In this document: piece after piece, positions 11,227 through 24,100 of the stretch
Position numbering within the stretch: position 1 is the stretch's first letter
Layout of the letters: every line of letters begins with the position of its first letter
Source: Pelomyxa schiedti
Lineage: Eukaryota; Protista; Evosea
Reading direction: 5' to 3'
NCBI GenBank assembly: GCA_020536535.1
Contig: JAHLWZ010000800.1
Coordinates: 1 to 64,000, forward strand
Length of the DNA: 64,000 nt
The notes under the pieces: generated by a model
The model's input: only the letters and a program-made list of their open reading frames with translations
What the model was told of the DNA's origin: nothing
Database searches by the model: none
Translations under genes and position numbers: made by a program

Positions 11227-14200
11227 ATGGGGTCGACAACATCTGCACCTGCACCAAGTCAAACTACGGCTGCGACGACAGGCAGCACTGCGGCCACCGC
11301 TTCTACGACAACGGCTACGTCTGTGTGTAGATCTACTCATCCCGAGTTGGCACCGTGGTTAGAGAAAGCGACGTCTCTGATGATATTGCGTCGCGCGCTG
11401 GGCCCCGCGTACCCGATTCTTAAAGCGCAACTTCTTGGGCAGTTTGTGTCGGCGCTAATGGCTCTCCCTCCTCCTGCCGTAACGACCGCAACTACTCCTG
11501 AAGCTTTGAGCGCGGCGCTGGCTGTAATGCAGGAACAAGCGTTGGCTGCTCTGGCTGAAATTACGTTTATTACTGCCGAGGAAGTGGCAGAGGCGAGGGA
11601 CATTCTGAGACCCCCAGAAAAGCACCCTTGGGATTCTTTGACCGATCCTCACTTGGTATGAAATGAATGGAACCTAATTGTATTTTCTCACTGTTGATTG
11701 TAGGTGAGAACAATTGACGCACCAGTGGGCCCCAGTTTGGTGCCATTCTTTGACGAGACTGGGGATTTCTCCAGCGTAGCCCTCGATATAAGTGGGTCTA
11801 CAAGTGGTGCTATACTGGTGTGGAGCAAGGATATCGCCACTAGAATGTGCGGCAATCGAAAAGCACTGTTGGACAAGTGTATTGCTTGGGATGACCGCGC
11901 AAGCATTCAGAATATCGACAAGCTCGCTTCACGTGGTGGTACTAATCCATCAGTAGTTTTCGACGTCTTGGGACCCAATGTCCGATCACTGCTCATCACT
12001 ACTGATGGTGAAATTGGTACCTCAGAAGTAGCCTCCACAAGGAAGAGGATTAGTACACGCGAATCTCGCTTGACAAATATTCTTGCGGTACTGGTTGGAG
12101 GACGATCAGGGCTCCCGGCAGCGCTTAACCTCAGTGTGTTTGCCCCATTTTTCGAGCACTGCCGCAAAGTCGGTGGTGTGTTTGCACTGGTGCACCACTG
12201 TGGGTCTGAGGGACAAAAGCCCAAAATTTTGATGAAGACTGGCACCTTTTCCAGCACGCTTCCGGATCCCCCGAAGGAGTACACCAACGAAATCAAGTGG
12301 GACCAGATTCCTGATGTTGACCCATCGGTGTTTTCCTCTCTTATGGCGCCAGATAAACCAGCTGGAGCCCGTGTGGTAGTCCCTGGGCAGATTTCTCATA
12401 GGACTTTACTCAGATGCCCCATAAACGTTGCGGCGATGGCGGCCTCTCTTAAACAGAAAACTACTTGGTCGGATGAAGAACTTGAGCAGCTGGATAGCTT
12501 TGTATATGAAACACTTGTTGACCTAGCTGAAGCCGCGGAAGGAGAAGTCGTATCTCTAAATGCATTGCGAGATATTGCGCATATTTGGAAAAAGTTGAAA
12601 ACACTCCAAGCTGACAAAGAGCTAACTGCAGCATCCTCCAATGTGGAGCCCCTACTTAGGGAGTTTGAGACCCTCACACGTAAGGATAAGCGTACACCTG
12701 AGGATACTGCGAGACTAGCAGCTCTCACTGAGGAGCTTCTACCCCTACTTCAGAATCGGGATCTAAAACGAACTGAAATGCTTGAAAAGCCCACCCACTT
12801 CCACTCTGACTTGATGCAACAACTAGCTGACTTCGAGAAATCTTCACTCAATCAGCAAACGTTGGAGACTACAAATGACTTCAGCCTTGCTGCTCTTACC
12901 AAGATGAGCAATCGAGCTCGAAGAGCTCAAACAGTTCTTGCGCCTGAACGGCAGGATAAGTGGAAGGTAGATGTTGGAGAAACATGCAAATGCACCGACT
13001 GTGCTATCTGTTGCACTGGAGACCGTGTAGCAGCATTATTGCTTGTCAATCTGGCGGAAGCCGACCCACAAGCAGCGGCTTTTAACATGAGTGATGTTGC
13101 TTTGAACGACCCACTCTGCCTTGGTAGCCGTAATCTCGTTGCGGTACCAGCAGGAAACTTGTGCATGCCTTGCGCTTATGCATGCTATGCCCTAGGTCTC
13201 CATCCTCTCACGAGACAGCCTCTTTCCTCTGTTTTTGTCCTAGCTGATGCTGCGCATGCCGGGAACCGAAATCTTATGCGAAACGCCCTCTCACGCGCCT
13301 TCTTCTGTGGTAAGATGGTTGGCACCGAATTTCAGGTTCTACTATCGGTTGTGGATGCTCTAGAGCTCACTGGCAGATTCCCCCCGGAAGTTATCAAGTT
13401 TTTACAAAAAACAGCCCTAGTTCACTCCAGAGGTAACCTCTTCACTGAAGGGCTTGGAGAGACACTACCCCTAATCGAAGCCATGAACGCTTTGGTAACC
13501 TACCCTTTGGTTGAACTGCAACCTGAAAGTTGGTTGATCCCGCTCCGCAATAAGAGTGTAGAATCCATTGGCCTTATAACTCGCTCCGTTCTTGAGCATG
13601 TTAGCTATGATAGCCAATCAATACAACTCTGCCGAGGACTCCTTCGCAGAGCGTTCATAAAATATTTATGCAGTTCACTCATTTCAATTGGAAAAAGAAC
13701 GGATGGTGCCACCGAATTACAAAAAATACATAGGGAATTTGAGGCAGATTTGTACGATGTGAAGCCTAGTGGAATTCCCATTTTCAATTCAGAGCACCTT
13801 CCGATTCCTCAGTCATCGTTTACCCTTCAAGCACTCCTCGGTGGACCAGGAGGGATCTACGCAATGTTTAATGAATTCTCTCGTTTTTGCCGACGCGCCG
13901 GGCTTGAAGGAGAGCTATTTACAGCTGCCGAGCTAGCAATTATCTTTTCTTCATTGCTAAACTCGGTTGTGGAGAGAGGCGTTGGCGCGTGTGCTGTCAA
14001 TGTTGAAGCACTGTTGAAAAGTTTATGTTCTCGTGGAAAACCATTGGCGGCCATCTGGTTTTCTAGAAAAGGCGAGGAACCAACTGTGGAGGCTGCACTG
14101 AACTGTATCAGTCAGTCAGCTCCATATCAGGGTGTGCACTCAACCGAAGGTACAGCTCACCATGATGATTCCTGTTTCGCGTGCCATCTTTTCTCCTCGA

Positions 14201-14769
14201 CAGTGTCATCTTGTGTGAACTGTGGATTCTCATTTGTTAGTGACGACGATTGGAGGCTCCTACGCAGCGGTAAATTCACTGAACCGGCTCTCAAAAGAAT
14301 AGTTGACACTCTCGTCAACAACCGCCGAATTCATTGGGCTTCCGTGTACCACACTAAACCAACATGCAGCTATCCCACACGCACGTCATCCATTGCGTCT
14401 TGGCATAAAATTGCCAGAGAAACGGCCTTGAATCCTCGCTTCATTTCCCTCAAGAGACCAACAAGGGAAATGCTTGAGGAAATGCTGCACGCACTCAGGA
14501 TTGTTCCGGAAGACAGAAGAGGAGGCATTTACAACAGATACAATTCCCAGCGGTGCCTTCAGATACTGTGGGACTACATGAAACGCAAGAATGCACTTAC
14601 ACCGGCACAAGTTGCCAGGCTCTCCATACCAATGACTATTGAGGAAAGGTTAGTTGTGGAAGTTCAGGCTTATGCCTTGCCATCAGAGACTCATCACCAG
14701 TTTTGCTCTTTGGATGGCCTCACACAGGAAGAATTGGATGCAATTCTCCTTCCTACCTTCCACTCCTAG
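11227..14769 (+). CDS. ~1164-aa vWA-domain protein with degenerate RING/U-box and Cys clusters
   Basis: 143-codon exon, phase-0 intron 11656-11703, then a 1021-codon exon. MIDAS DISGST...LITTDGE; CKCTDCAICC...LCMPCAYAC..LHPLTRQPL; CFACH...CVNC. Confidence 0.75.
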
Positions 14770-15131
14770 ATGTTAACAACTTAACAACAAACCAAAAAAA
14801 ACGAAACACTTTTATGTACCAACAAAAACAAGTCAAGTTCAAGATCATGGTAATCACGAAACGGCAGTTGTCGTTTTCATTCAAATGGACATAATCAATT
14901 GTCATCACCCAAGGTATCAACAAATGAAGAGAGCCACGGGAGGGACGTTGTGCCCGAGTCCAACTTGTGGGAAGAAAAAATGAAAATCAGAACGTCCCGA
15001 CTTTTTTATACTCACGGCGATCGTATAGAATTGAAGTCTTTAGTCAATTCATCAGTCCACACAACTTTTCCCCGCTTAGAGTAAAAAGAGTGGAGAAGCG
15101 ACAAATTCGCTATTATGGGTCGGGGTTTGTT

Positions 15132-18100
15132 TCAATGAAACGCAAGGTGTTGCGGAATTACTACGGAATGAGGAGGACCGAGAGGAGAACCGGCAGTGAC
15201 CGGACCAAGAACTTTGACTGTGAGGGTGCCGGAATGTGTGTAGGTAGTCAACCTGGTAAAATTTGAGTGTGAGAAGATGGAACAGTCTGTAAATGGGGTG
15301 CGGAATGGAATGGAACGGAACGCACTTGGATTTCTTTTCTTCGTCAATGAGAATGAACGGACCGGGGAGTGGTTGCTCTTGAGAGAGCTCCCTGAGGGTG
15401 GTCGTGCATCCTCCAAGGAAGTCCGCTGCACCCCCGGGATCGTAGTCATAGATAGCCAACTTGATGGGTGAATCCATTCCTCCACACTGCATGATGTTCA
15501 CGCAAACTGGCGCAAAAACGGGAGCCAAGTCTTGTGTGTGCACCTCCGTCGAGGCAATGACAGTGTTGGTATCCTCTTTTATAAGCTGGAGGAATGGGTC
15601 TGCAACGTGATTTATTTTGTATTATGTGACATTGTTTTTGGGCTATTTTACCACACAGTCCAACCAAGTCGTCACTTCTTGGTAATTCTGAAGCGGAAAA
15701 CTGTATTTGATAACCAGTGATGGCGTAAAGAAGTGGAGCGCAGGAATCCACCACAAGGTACACATGTGAGGGCCTTTGTTGTGCAGATGCAACTCAGAAA
15801 AAAAAAAAGTTGATAAATTCAAAACCTGGAATGCGTTGATGAAGAGTGCACTTTGGCTGAAGAGCAAACGCCAACATAAGAAAGATTCCGTAGATTGGTG
15901 TGTATGTCCTTGCAGTGTGGAATACTAATGTCTAGAGGTGTTTCAAGGCTGTGAATACCTTCAAATGGTATGGTAATCTCAAGTTGCTGATCCTTATTAT
16001 TGTGTATTAATTTCACGATGAATTAATCGAAACGTACAGGGAAAAATGGTGTCCTCAAAATATGGCTTTTGGCACCAGTGCTTGAGATTCCTATGATCTT
16101 AAAATCTCCCCCTAATGTAGAAATAAACGGAGAGGAAATAGAACCGACAAACCGGATAGTGACTCGGGAGATGAAGGGACAACAACTCTGCATGATAAAC
16201 GGTATGCCGACGCATTATATACTTCAGGGGGTGCATTCACGAGAGGAGAAATATCAAGTTGAAGACAGCCGGAGTTAGTGTACATAGGTATGCTTGATTC
16301 CATGAGTGGAAGAGGAAAACCGAAAAGAACAAACTGTGATCGCTTCTTGTTGATGAGAGTGCCAGACCACAGGCCAAAGAGCATATCTCTGTAGCCATAT
16401 CGTGCTTTTCCTATCTGAGTCCGCACATTATTTTTGAACGAGTATACACAGACCTATGAGTATTTCATGAGATAATCAGAACTCCTAGGAAGTAATAAGG
16501 TAACCTTGAAAAAACAAGTTGTCAGAGTGGATGCAAAGGAAGAAGGCCACAGTTTAAAAGGTTTCCAATCTGGTGTTGTACCATCAACAAGCTCAGATCT
16601 ACATTATGTGACTATCAGAAATACTCGTTGTCGAAATTTTCTGACTAATCGAACCTATGCACCAGCACAGCTGGTTGTCCCGGACTCTGCATGTGAATTT
16701 CAAACCAAGTATCAGACTTAGTGTCAAGCTTGATACCCTTGGGTCTGTTGTGCATTAGGTACGATATATCTTTTATTTAGTACTGTATGGAAAATGCAGC
16801 ATAGGTGGGAAGTTGTGGCAGTGCAGTTAAATGCTCTGAAGAGAGTAGACGGAAGCCGCCAGCTGAGCTTGACACGGAAATGGATTCAGGTTTTACAGCA
16901 TAGGTGAAGGGAGTAAAGAGGCACTCCCTCAGAGTAATTTGAAACTGGCCAATCAAATCACTTGTCCCATCCTTTTTTTTTTAAGGAAAAAGGAAGACAG
17001 GTGAAATACAAACCTTAAATCGGTTGTGGCACTTAATAGAAAACGGTGTATCCCACCCACCAACGTCAATAGGTGAAATATCAAACGGTGCCCACGAATT
17101 GTCTGGTGAAGGCTTACTGCGGTGGAGTAATAAACGGTCCGCATCAAGATGAGAAAAGACTTCGAAATAAGGTGCTGAAAGCACTGTTAGCTCCCCAGAA
17201 AATAGTATTTCATACCAGCTGAGCCAGTGAGTCTTGTTTTTTTCAGAGCAACTCCACCACATGTTATTCGCAGAGCAACAGGAAGTTCTGGTACCGTCAT
17301 TTGAAGTGGTGTGACTTGATCAATAGAGAAGCAACCGCTCCTAAAATACAAAAAAAAAGTGGATGAGATGGATCAAAAAACGGGGAAAGAAACGTGGTGA
17401 GGGCATTATCAGTATAAAGGGCCTCTTGGACATTCCCAAAGGACCATTCCCGTAGTGTACTTGTTAGTGATCCAATAAGATCATGAGAGCCGTCTTAATT
17501 TCACAGGTTAATGGTACAACAAAAAAAAGTGGAAACATGACTCACCTGCATCTGCATCAAACACAGATACCCCAAAGCTTTTATCAACGGGAACTGTACT
17601 GGTATTTACTACAAAAGGTGCCCATGTTGGGTTGAGGGACTTCAGGATCACCTCCGACCGGTAGAGTGGGATTTGTTTGCGGGTGGTTGTGCTCCCGGCT
17701 GGTGATAGTTGAGTAACTGGAACTTCCGCAAAAAAGATGAAAAAGGGGTCTGGGTAGTATGAGAAACTATCTGAAACAAGTATTCAGATTACCCGACTTT
17801 CCAGAGAGATCCTTTGCTGCCAATTTCCTGCCAGATACTGTTATCTTGAAGGCTGGAGCACTAAGTATGGAAGTTGTGGTATTTTCTATAGGCATAAGTT
17901 TTCGGATAGTAAGGCCACCCGAGTTTCTTCCAAGGACTTCACCCCTGGTAACCATGTCAGAAATGTAACTAGATTTTGTTGCTCACTTGAGGGGTACAGT
18001 AACATCATTATAAACTAGGTCACGTAACGTTAACTTCACGTTGCCAATTTGTTCGTGTGAGCCATCTTGGAAGAATAAGAATTGACTTAAGTGGGTGTGA

Positions 18101-21100
18101 ACAACCAGCATCCCAGTCATAGACAATGACAGTGAAGACTCCGTCTAATCCATTCAAGTCGGCTAGGTTTACTTGGAAGGACTTCCATTCAGGATTTAAA
18201 TTTTTAGTTATGACCTCAGACCTAGGTATACATTAAAAAGCACCAAAATGTGAAAGAAACCTAAAAATGGTAACAGAAGTGACAATCTTAAAGAAGGGAT
18301 CTGTATGTTATTAGGATCTGTCAGGTCATCTTGAAAAAAGAGTACCAGATTTTCCATTTGCATCTTTGCTGCTAAGCTTTGCAGCAGAAAATTTCATGCC
18401 AAACGCAGGAGGAGGTTCGTTTGTTGGTTCTCCATTCCTAAAGAAAAGACACTTCGCCTGCGATAGAGGTGATATTTCTTCCAAACAGAAGGCAGCATTA
18501 CTATTGATTGCATTAAAGTTTTCCCTTAAAAAAAGAACTGAAAACCTGTCAGAAATCTGAATGCCTGTCGCACTTGTGAGAGGGAAGGAAAACCCACCAC
18601 AGAGCAAATCAATCAGCATCAACTCGACACCGCCAACTTCTTTATGTGCTCCATTGGTTGAGTAGTGAGAAACTCTTAAATTCTCGTGAGTTATGGAAAA
18701 GTGACGCTAAAGAATTCACAACTTACCTAAAACGAAGAGAGGACTCGGGAGATCCAAAATCTTCTAAATCGATTTGGAATGGTGACCAAGTGCCTCCAAA
18801 TGCTGTGCCTCTCGCCTGCGTGGCAAAGATAACTTCACTTCGGTAAATCAATTTTGGGTCCTTGAAAACTTCCAGAAATACACCTTTCCCTAAATGGCAT
18901 TTTTTTTAAAAAAAAGGGACAAAGGAGACGTACCTTTTCTGGGTTGAAGATGCGAAATACCAAACTTTATTTGGTAGGACACAGAATAATTCTTTTCTGG
19001 GGCTATTGGAAGACCTTCCACATTGCTGAAGCAAAATCCCCCTTTGCTATTAAATCTTCCTTAGTATACATTCAAGTAACGCCCAATTGTAGTTACTTTG
19101 AAGAGCCGTCTTCCAGAGGAATCCTGAAGTCCCCAAATAAGAGGTCATGCACACGAAAACCAGCTTTGCCTATCAAGTCATGTCCTCCATCCTGCGGTCG
19201 TTAGTTGCACCTCAAAGTGGGAATAGAGTATTTACAGCATCCCAGTCGTAAACTTCAACTTCAAGATATGTATTGTGTCCCTCTCTGGCTTCAATGTCAT
19301 ATGACTTCCATGAGGGATTACAATTTTTGGGTACAACTAAGGAGAAATCAGTAAAAAATACGCCGGTTGGCTGATACCTTCACTCCGGTAAATCGGAACG
19401 TGTGTACGCTTGCCTTCATTTGACTTCATGTATAAAACAAAGAAAGGATCTGAAGAGCATAAGGGAATACAAAAGCAGTAAGGTGGAGTTGGTTTGACAC
19501 CAGATTTTCCGTTGGCGTCTTTAGCAGCAAGATGTAGGGCAAATGAAGATAGCCGGTAGGCAGGGAAATAAGGCAAGGAAAAAACTTGAGTGACAGGGTG
19601 CACTTCTTCTATGCACAGAGCCATTCTGGGTTGAGTTAGAACTATTTTTATCTGACCTTGGGGGTTTTGACCTTTCCAAGAGGTGATGTCTGTACGGACC
19701 AAATGTCCAGTGTCTCAAGGTTGTTGATATACTGCCCAGTGAAATGTGTGCTCCAATTTGACTGAACTTGAAAACCCGCACAGAGAAATTATCATCGAGT
19801 CCACCAATATCTGTGATGGTTGACCAATGTATAGGAGAGAAAGCATTTACCTGCTACGTTGAGTGTAAATTCTTTCCAAGAAGGATCCTTTCTAGTTACT
19901 CTAGAAGATCTAAATAAAAGTTTTGTATGATTGTGGACCTCAAAAAAGTACTCTGTGACGGATCAGAATAGAAGATGATCAGATATGTTTACCCTCTTCC
20001 GTAGCATGAGGAAGGTTTGGCGCTGGGGCATTGGCAAGAGCAAGGCTTACGCCTACGGCAATGGGTACGACCTGTGGTGGGGGTGGAGCAACGGGAACCA
20101 CATTGTCGATACAAAATGAGCCTTGTCTGTTGGAAGACTTTTTCGACAGTCCATATTGCCACGGTCCTAACAAAAGCTCCCTGAGAGAGTGAATCTTTTT
20201 TACATTCCTGTGGAAAATACCTGAATGTAACTTTCATGTTACCTATTAAATCGTGATGACCATTGGAATCCTACGTTGGTGTTGATGTTAATTCGGAAAA
20301 AGTGGAACACACCCAATCGAAAACTTTAATCTTAATATGTGAATCCACCCCTCCTAAGGAAGTGATATCAAGCAGGAAGGGTTCCCAGGAAGGGTTGAGA
20401 TTCTTATGAACAACTGAAGACCTGTGAATAAGGATTTTTTGCTTTCCAAGCAAAGTCCCATACACCTCAAAAAACGGGTCTGCAAATAAGATTGGCAGTT
20501 GGTTTAAGTAATAATAATGCACCTGAACTTAGAGAAATGTCGCATACAGGCAAGTGGTGCGCACTTGCCGTGACTTGAATAGCTAGTGGTATTTGCTTAG
20601 GTATAACTACATCACTGAGAACAACTTTGTCAACAGAGAACGCTCCACTAGATCTGTTTTTCTCATGACAAGATTATTTTTACACCTCATTTCATACGAA
20701 GTTATTCCAGAGGATTTCACAGCAAACTGACATGGAGTAAAAAGCCATTCACGAAGTGTTGTTTTTGCAGAGCCGATAATATCATGTGAACCCTCTTATT
20801 AACATGAAAATGAAAGTATCATAAACAATGTGAGGTACTTAGATCAGAGTCAAACACTTCCACAATAATTTTTTTGTCTTCACTGGTTATATCAGCCAAG
20901 TTGAGTGAGAATTCACCCCAAGAAGGACTGGTTGTTCGGTGGATAACTTCGGATCTGTATAATATTACCCTGTGAGAGTACCCAGTTGGCTTCCCTCTGA
21001 GAATAAAGTAAGGATCTGTACTAGGGTTATTCCTCACTTTCGTAGTAAGAGACTACCAGAGGAAAGATTGATATCACGGAATGCCAGTTTTGCTGCACTA

Positions 21101-24100
21101 GTTTTAATTACTACGGAGGAAAAGCGTGGTTTGATGATTGGCTGAGAGTTGAAAGTGAGTCGATCAACAGAAAATGCACCTGCTGACCTAATTGTGCTTA
21201 GTTACCAGTATTTCAAATGAAATACATACATGGGGGAAGAAGGGGAGTAAAGGCCAAATTGGAAAGGTATGAAGAGCCACTCCCTCAAGGTGGTCTCAAA
21301 TTTGCCAATCATGTCGTGAGTGCCATCTAAAAGCCAGTTTAAGATACATTTTCTCTTTAAAAAGGGTACCTGCGTCCCAATCCCAAACAGTAACAGTAAA
21401 TTTTGTATCCAGGTCAGTGAAGTCGCCGTAGTTAAGAGCAAACGGTTTCCATATAGGGTTTTTATTAGCAAGCATAACCTCCGACCGATAAATTGTGATT
21501 GGCTTTTTCATTCCTGGGGGTGTGGCCTTGATAACAAAGAAGGGATCTAGACAGAGTCATTGGAACGGAAAAGGTACTCGGCAGATAAAAGAACCTGAGG
21601 ATCCAGAGATATCACATGCCCTGAGTTTAGCTGCACTTGCTTCTACAGAGAGCGACCCAAACGTAGGAATAGTGTAAGGTTGATTTTGGGGAGTAACGCT
21701 GTTCACGGAAAAAGCACCAGAAGTTCTTCAGAGAAATTTCCTTAGTGAGAAAAAGACCATTGTTAATTACATACACGGAACTCCCTTTGGTGTAAAGACC
21801 AAATTGGTACGGCAAAAAGAAGAATTCACGTAAGGATACTTTGGCCTTTCCAATGAGGTCATGACCTCCATCTAAAAGATCATAAGAAGTGAAATTACAC
21901 AGTGGCATACCGGCGTCCCAATCCCACACAGCAATAGTGAACCGTGTATCAATGTTGATGACGTCACATAGATTAAGCCCAAATGGCTTCCAGACTGGCT
22001 CTTTGTTTGAATGTATAATCTCAGATCGAAAGAGGGTGATTTTTTTGTGGTGAGCTGTAGGCTTTGCTTTTACAACAAAAAAGGGGTCTGAGGAAATAAA
22101 TGAGGGACCAAAAAGGTGGATAAGATACTAACCTGAAGAACCAGAAGGGTCACGTGATGCTAACTTCATAGCACTGGCCTGTATCAAAAGAGATTCAAAA
22201 GATGGTCTGACATATTCTTGAGTCAACAGGGTTATCTTATCAACTGAGAAGCCTCCACATGATCTGAGTGAAAAAGTAAGTTGGGGTGGTAAAGAGAAAT
22301 TGTACATTGAAGATGAGGAGCTGTGAATACTAAATAAGTAGGGTGTGAATAACCACTCTCTCAAAGTGGTACGAGCAGACCCAATGAGATCATGACCTCC
22401 ATCTAAAAATGGAACTATTAGCCAGAAATCACACTATTTGTCAAATACCAGTATCCCAATCCCACACAGACACAGTAAACTCTGTATCTGCGTTTTTCAA
22501 GTCCTTTAAGTTCAAAGCAAAAGCTTTGAAAGTGGGGTTCAGGTTTGAGTGAATGACTTCCGATCTGTACAATGTGACAGGCGCATTGCAACCAGGAGGA
22601 GAGGCCGAAACAACGAAGTAGGGGTCTTGATACACATGAGAAAAATGGGACATAAATGGAATATACCAGATTTTCCATTTAGATCTCTAGCCGCGAGCTT
22701 TGTGGCACTGGCAGAAACCTCAACTGAGGCAAATACTGGCCATGATACTGGCTCGGGAACAGCCTCCACTTTGTCAATACAGAATGCACCATTGGACTTT
22801 CTTGTTGTAAGAACAGCGTCACAGGGAATGCCATATCTAAATGGCCCAATCATAACGTCCCGCAAACATATCTTGATCCTCCCAATGGTATCATGTGCTC
22901 CGTCTATTGTTATTGTTGAGGGTACATCTTGAAGGAGGTTGTATTACTGGCATCCCAGTCATAGATGTTTATTTCTATTTGGGAGTCTATCCCTTTCACA
23001 TCGGCGATATTGATAATACAAGGACTCCAGACTGCAAAAAAAATTAGTAGTTGCTGGCGGAAAAAAATGCTATACTTGGATTCAGCTCCTTTTTCACAAC
23101 TTCCGAACGGTATATGGTAACATTTTTTGAAGAACCCGGTGGCTGTCCCAAAATGGAAAAGAAAGGGTCACTCTTCCCAAGTGGGCCATCTTTAGCTATT
23201 AGATTGTATGCTGAGCAATAAAGCTAGAAGCCATTAGAAAACAAATCAACCTAAAAAAGGTAACCTTAATGGCTGGAGGAATGACTAATGGTTCAGGACT
23301 GAATGTAAGAGGTTCCAACTTATTGCACACGAAGGCACCACGTCTAAAGTCAAGTAAGAGAAGTAAAGATGAAAACTAGTACGATCTGCTACTGGAGGCA
23401 AGGAGTGGATGTCTAAATGGTCCCAAACTTTATGTTGTATATTAAATATCAAAGCAATAAAAAGGGAAGGGCATTACCACCAATCTCTTAAAGTTATTTT
23501 GCATTCCCCCACCTTTATTTATTAGTCAATAGGGAATATTTGACTGGCTTACCAAGTCGTGAGTCCCGTCTTTATCAAAGTCCTGTAAAAAATGAGTCCA
23601 TAGAAGGTTTTATTTACTGACTCATACCCATACTTCCACGTAAAACTGGGCATCAAGAGCTTGAAAGAGTTAGGGCATGAAGTTTAAGTCTAGTATTGCC
23701 ACACTTTTGATCAATGTCGTGTCTAAAACAAAACTGTTCCACACTGGCTGTGTACTCTTGTTAATGACCTCCGATCTGTAAATGGGTATGTGCGTGTCTC
23801 TGAAAGGCACCTTAACAACAAAGAAGGGATCTGAAAAGATTAAATGTGGTTGTAAAGAGTTGATGTAGAAAAGAACCCGAGGGTGTGGGCATCCCTGTTG
23901 CCGAGACATCAAGTTTAGCAATTTTGTCTCCACAAACCTCCAATCTGTATGAGGGTGCAAATATGGGTAAGGCCGGACCAGAAGGTATAATTTCAAGTTT
24001 GTCCACAGAGAAAGACCCCTTAGATGACCCGTCCTGGAAGACTGCTTGCTGATAGGGACCTGAAATTTATACAGGTTTTTCACTCTTTCTACTTAGATGA

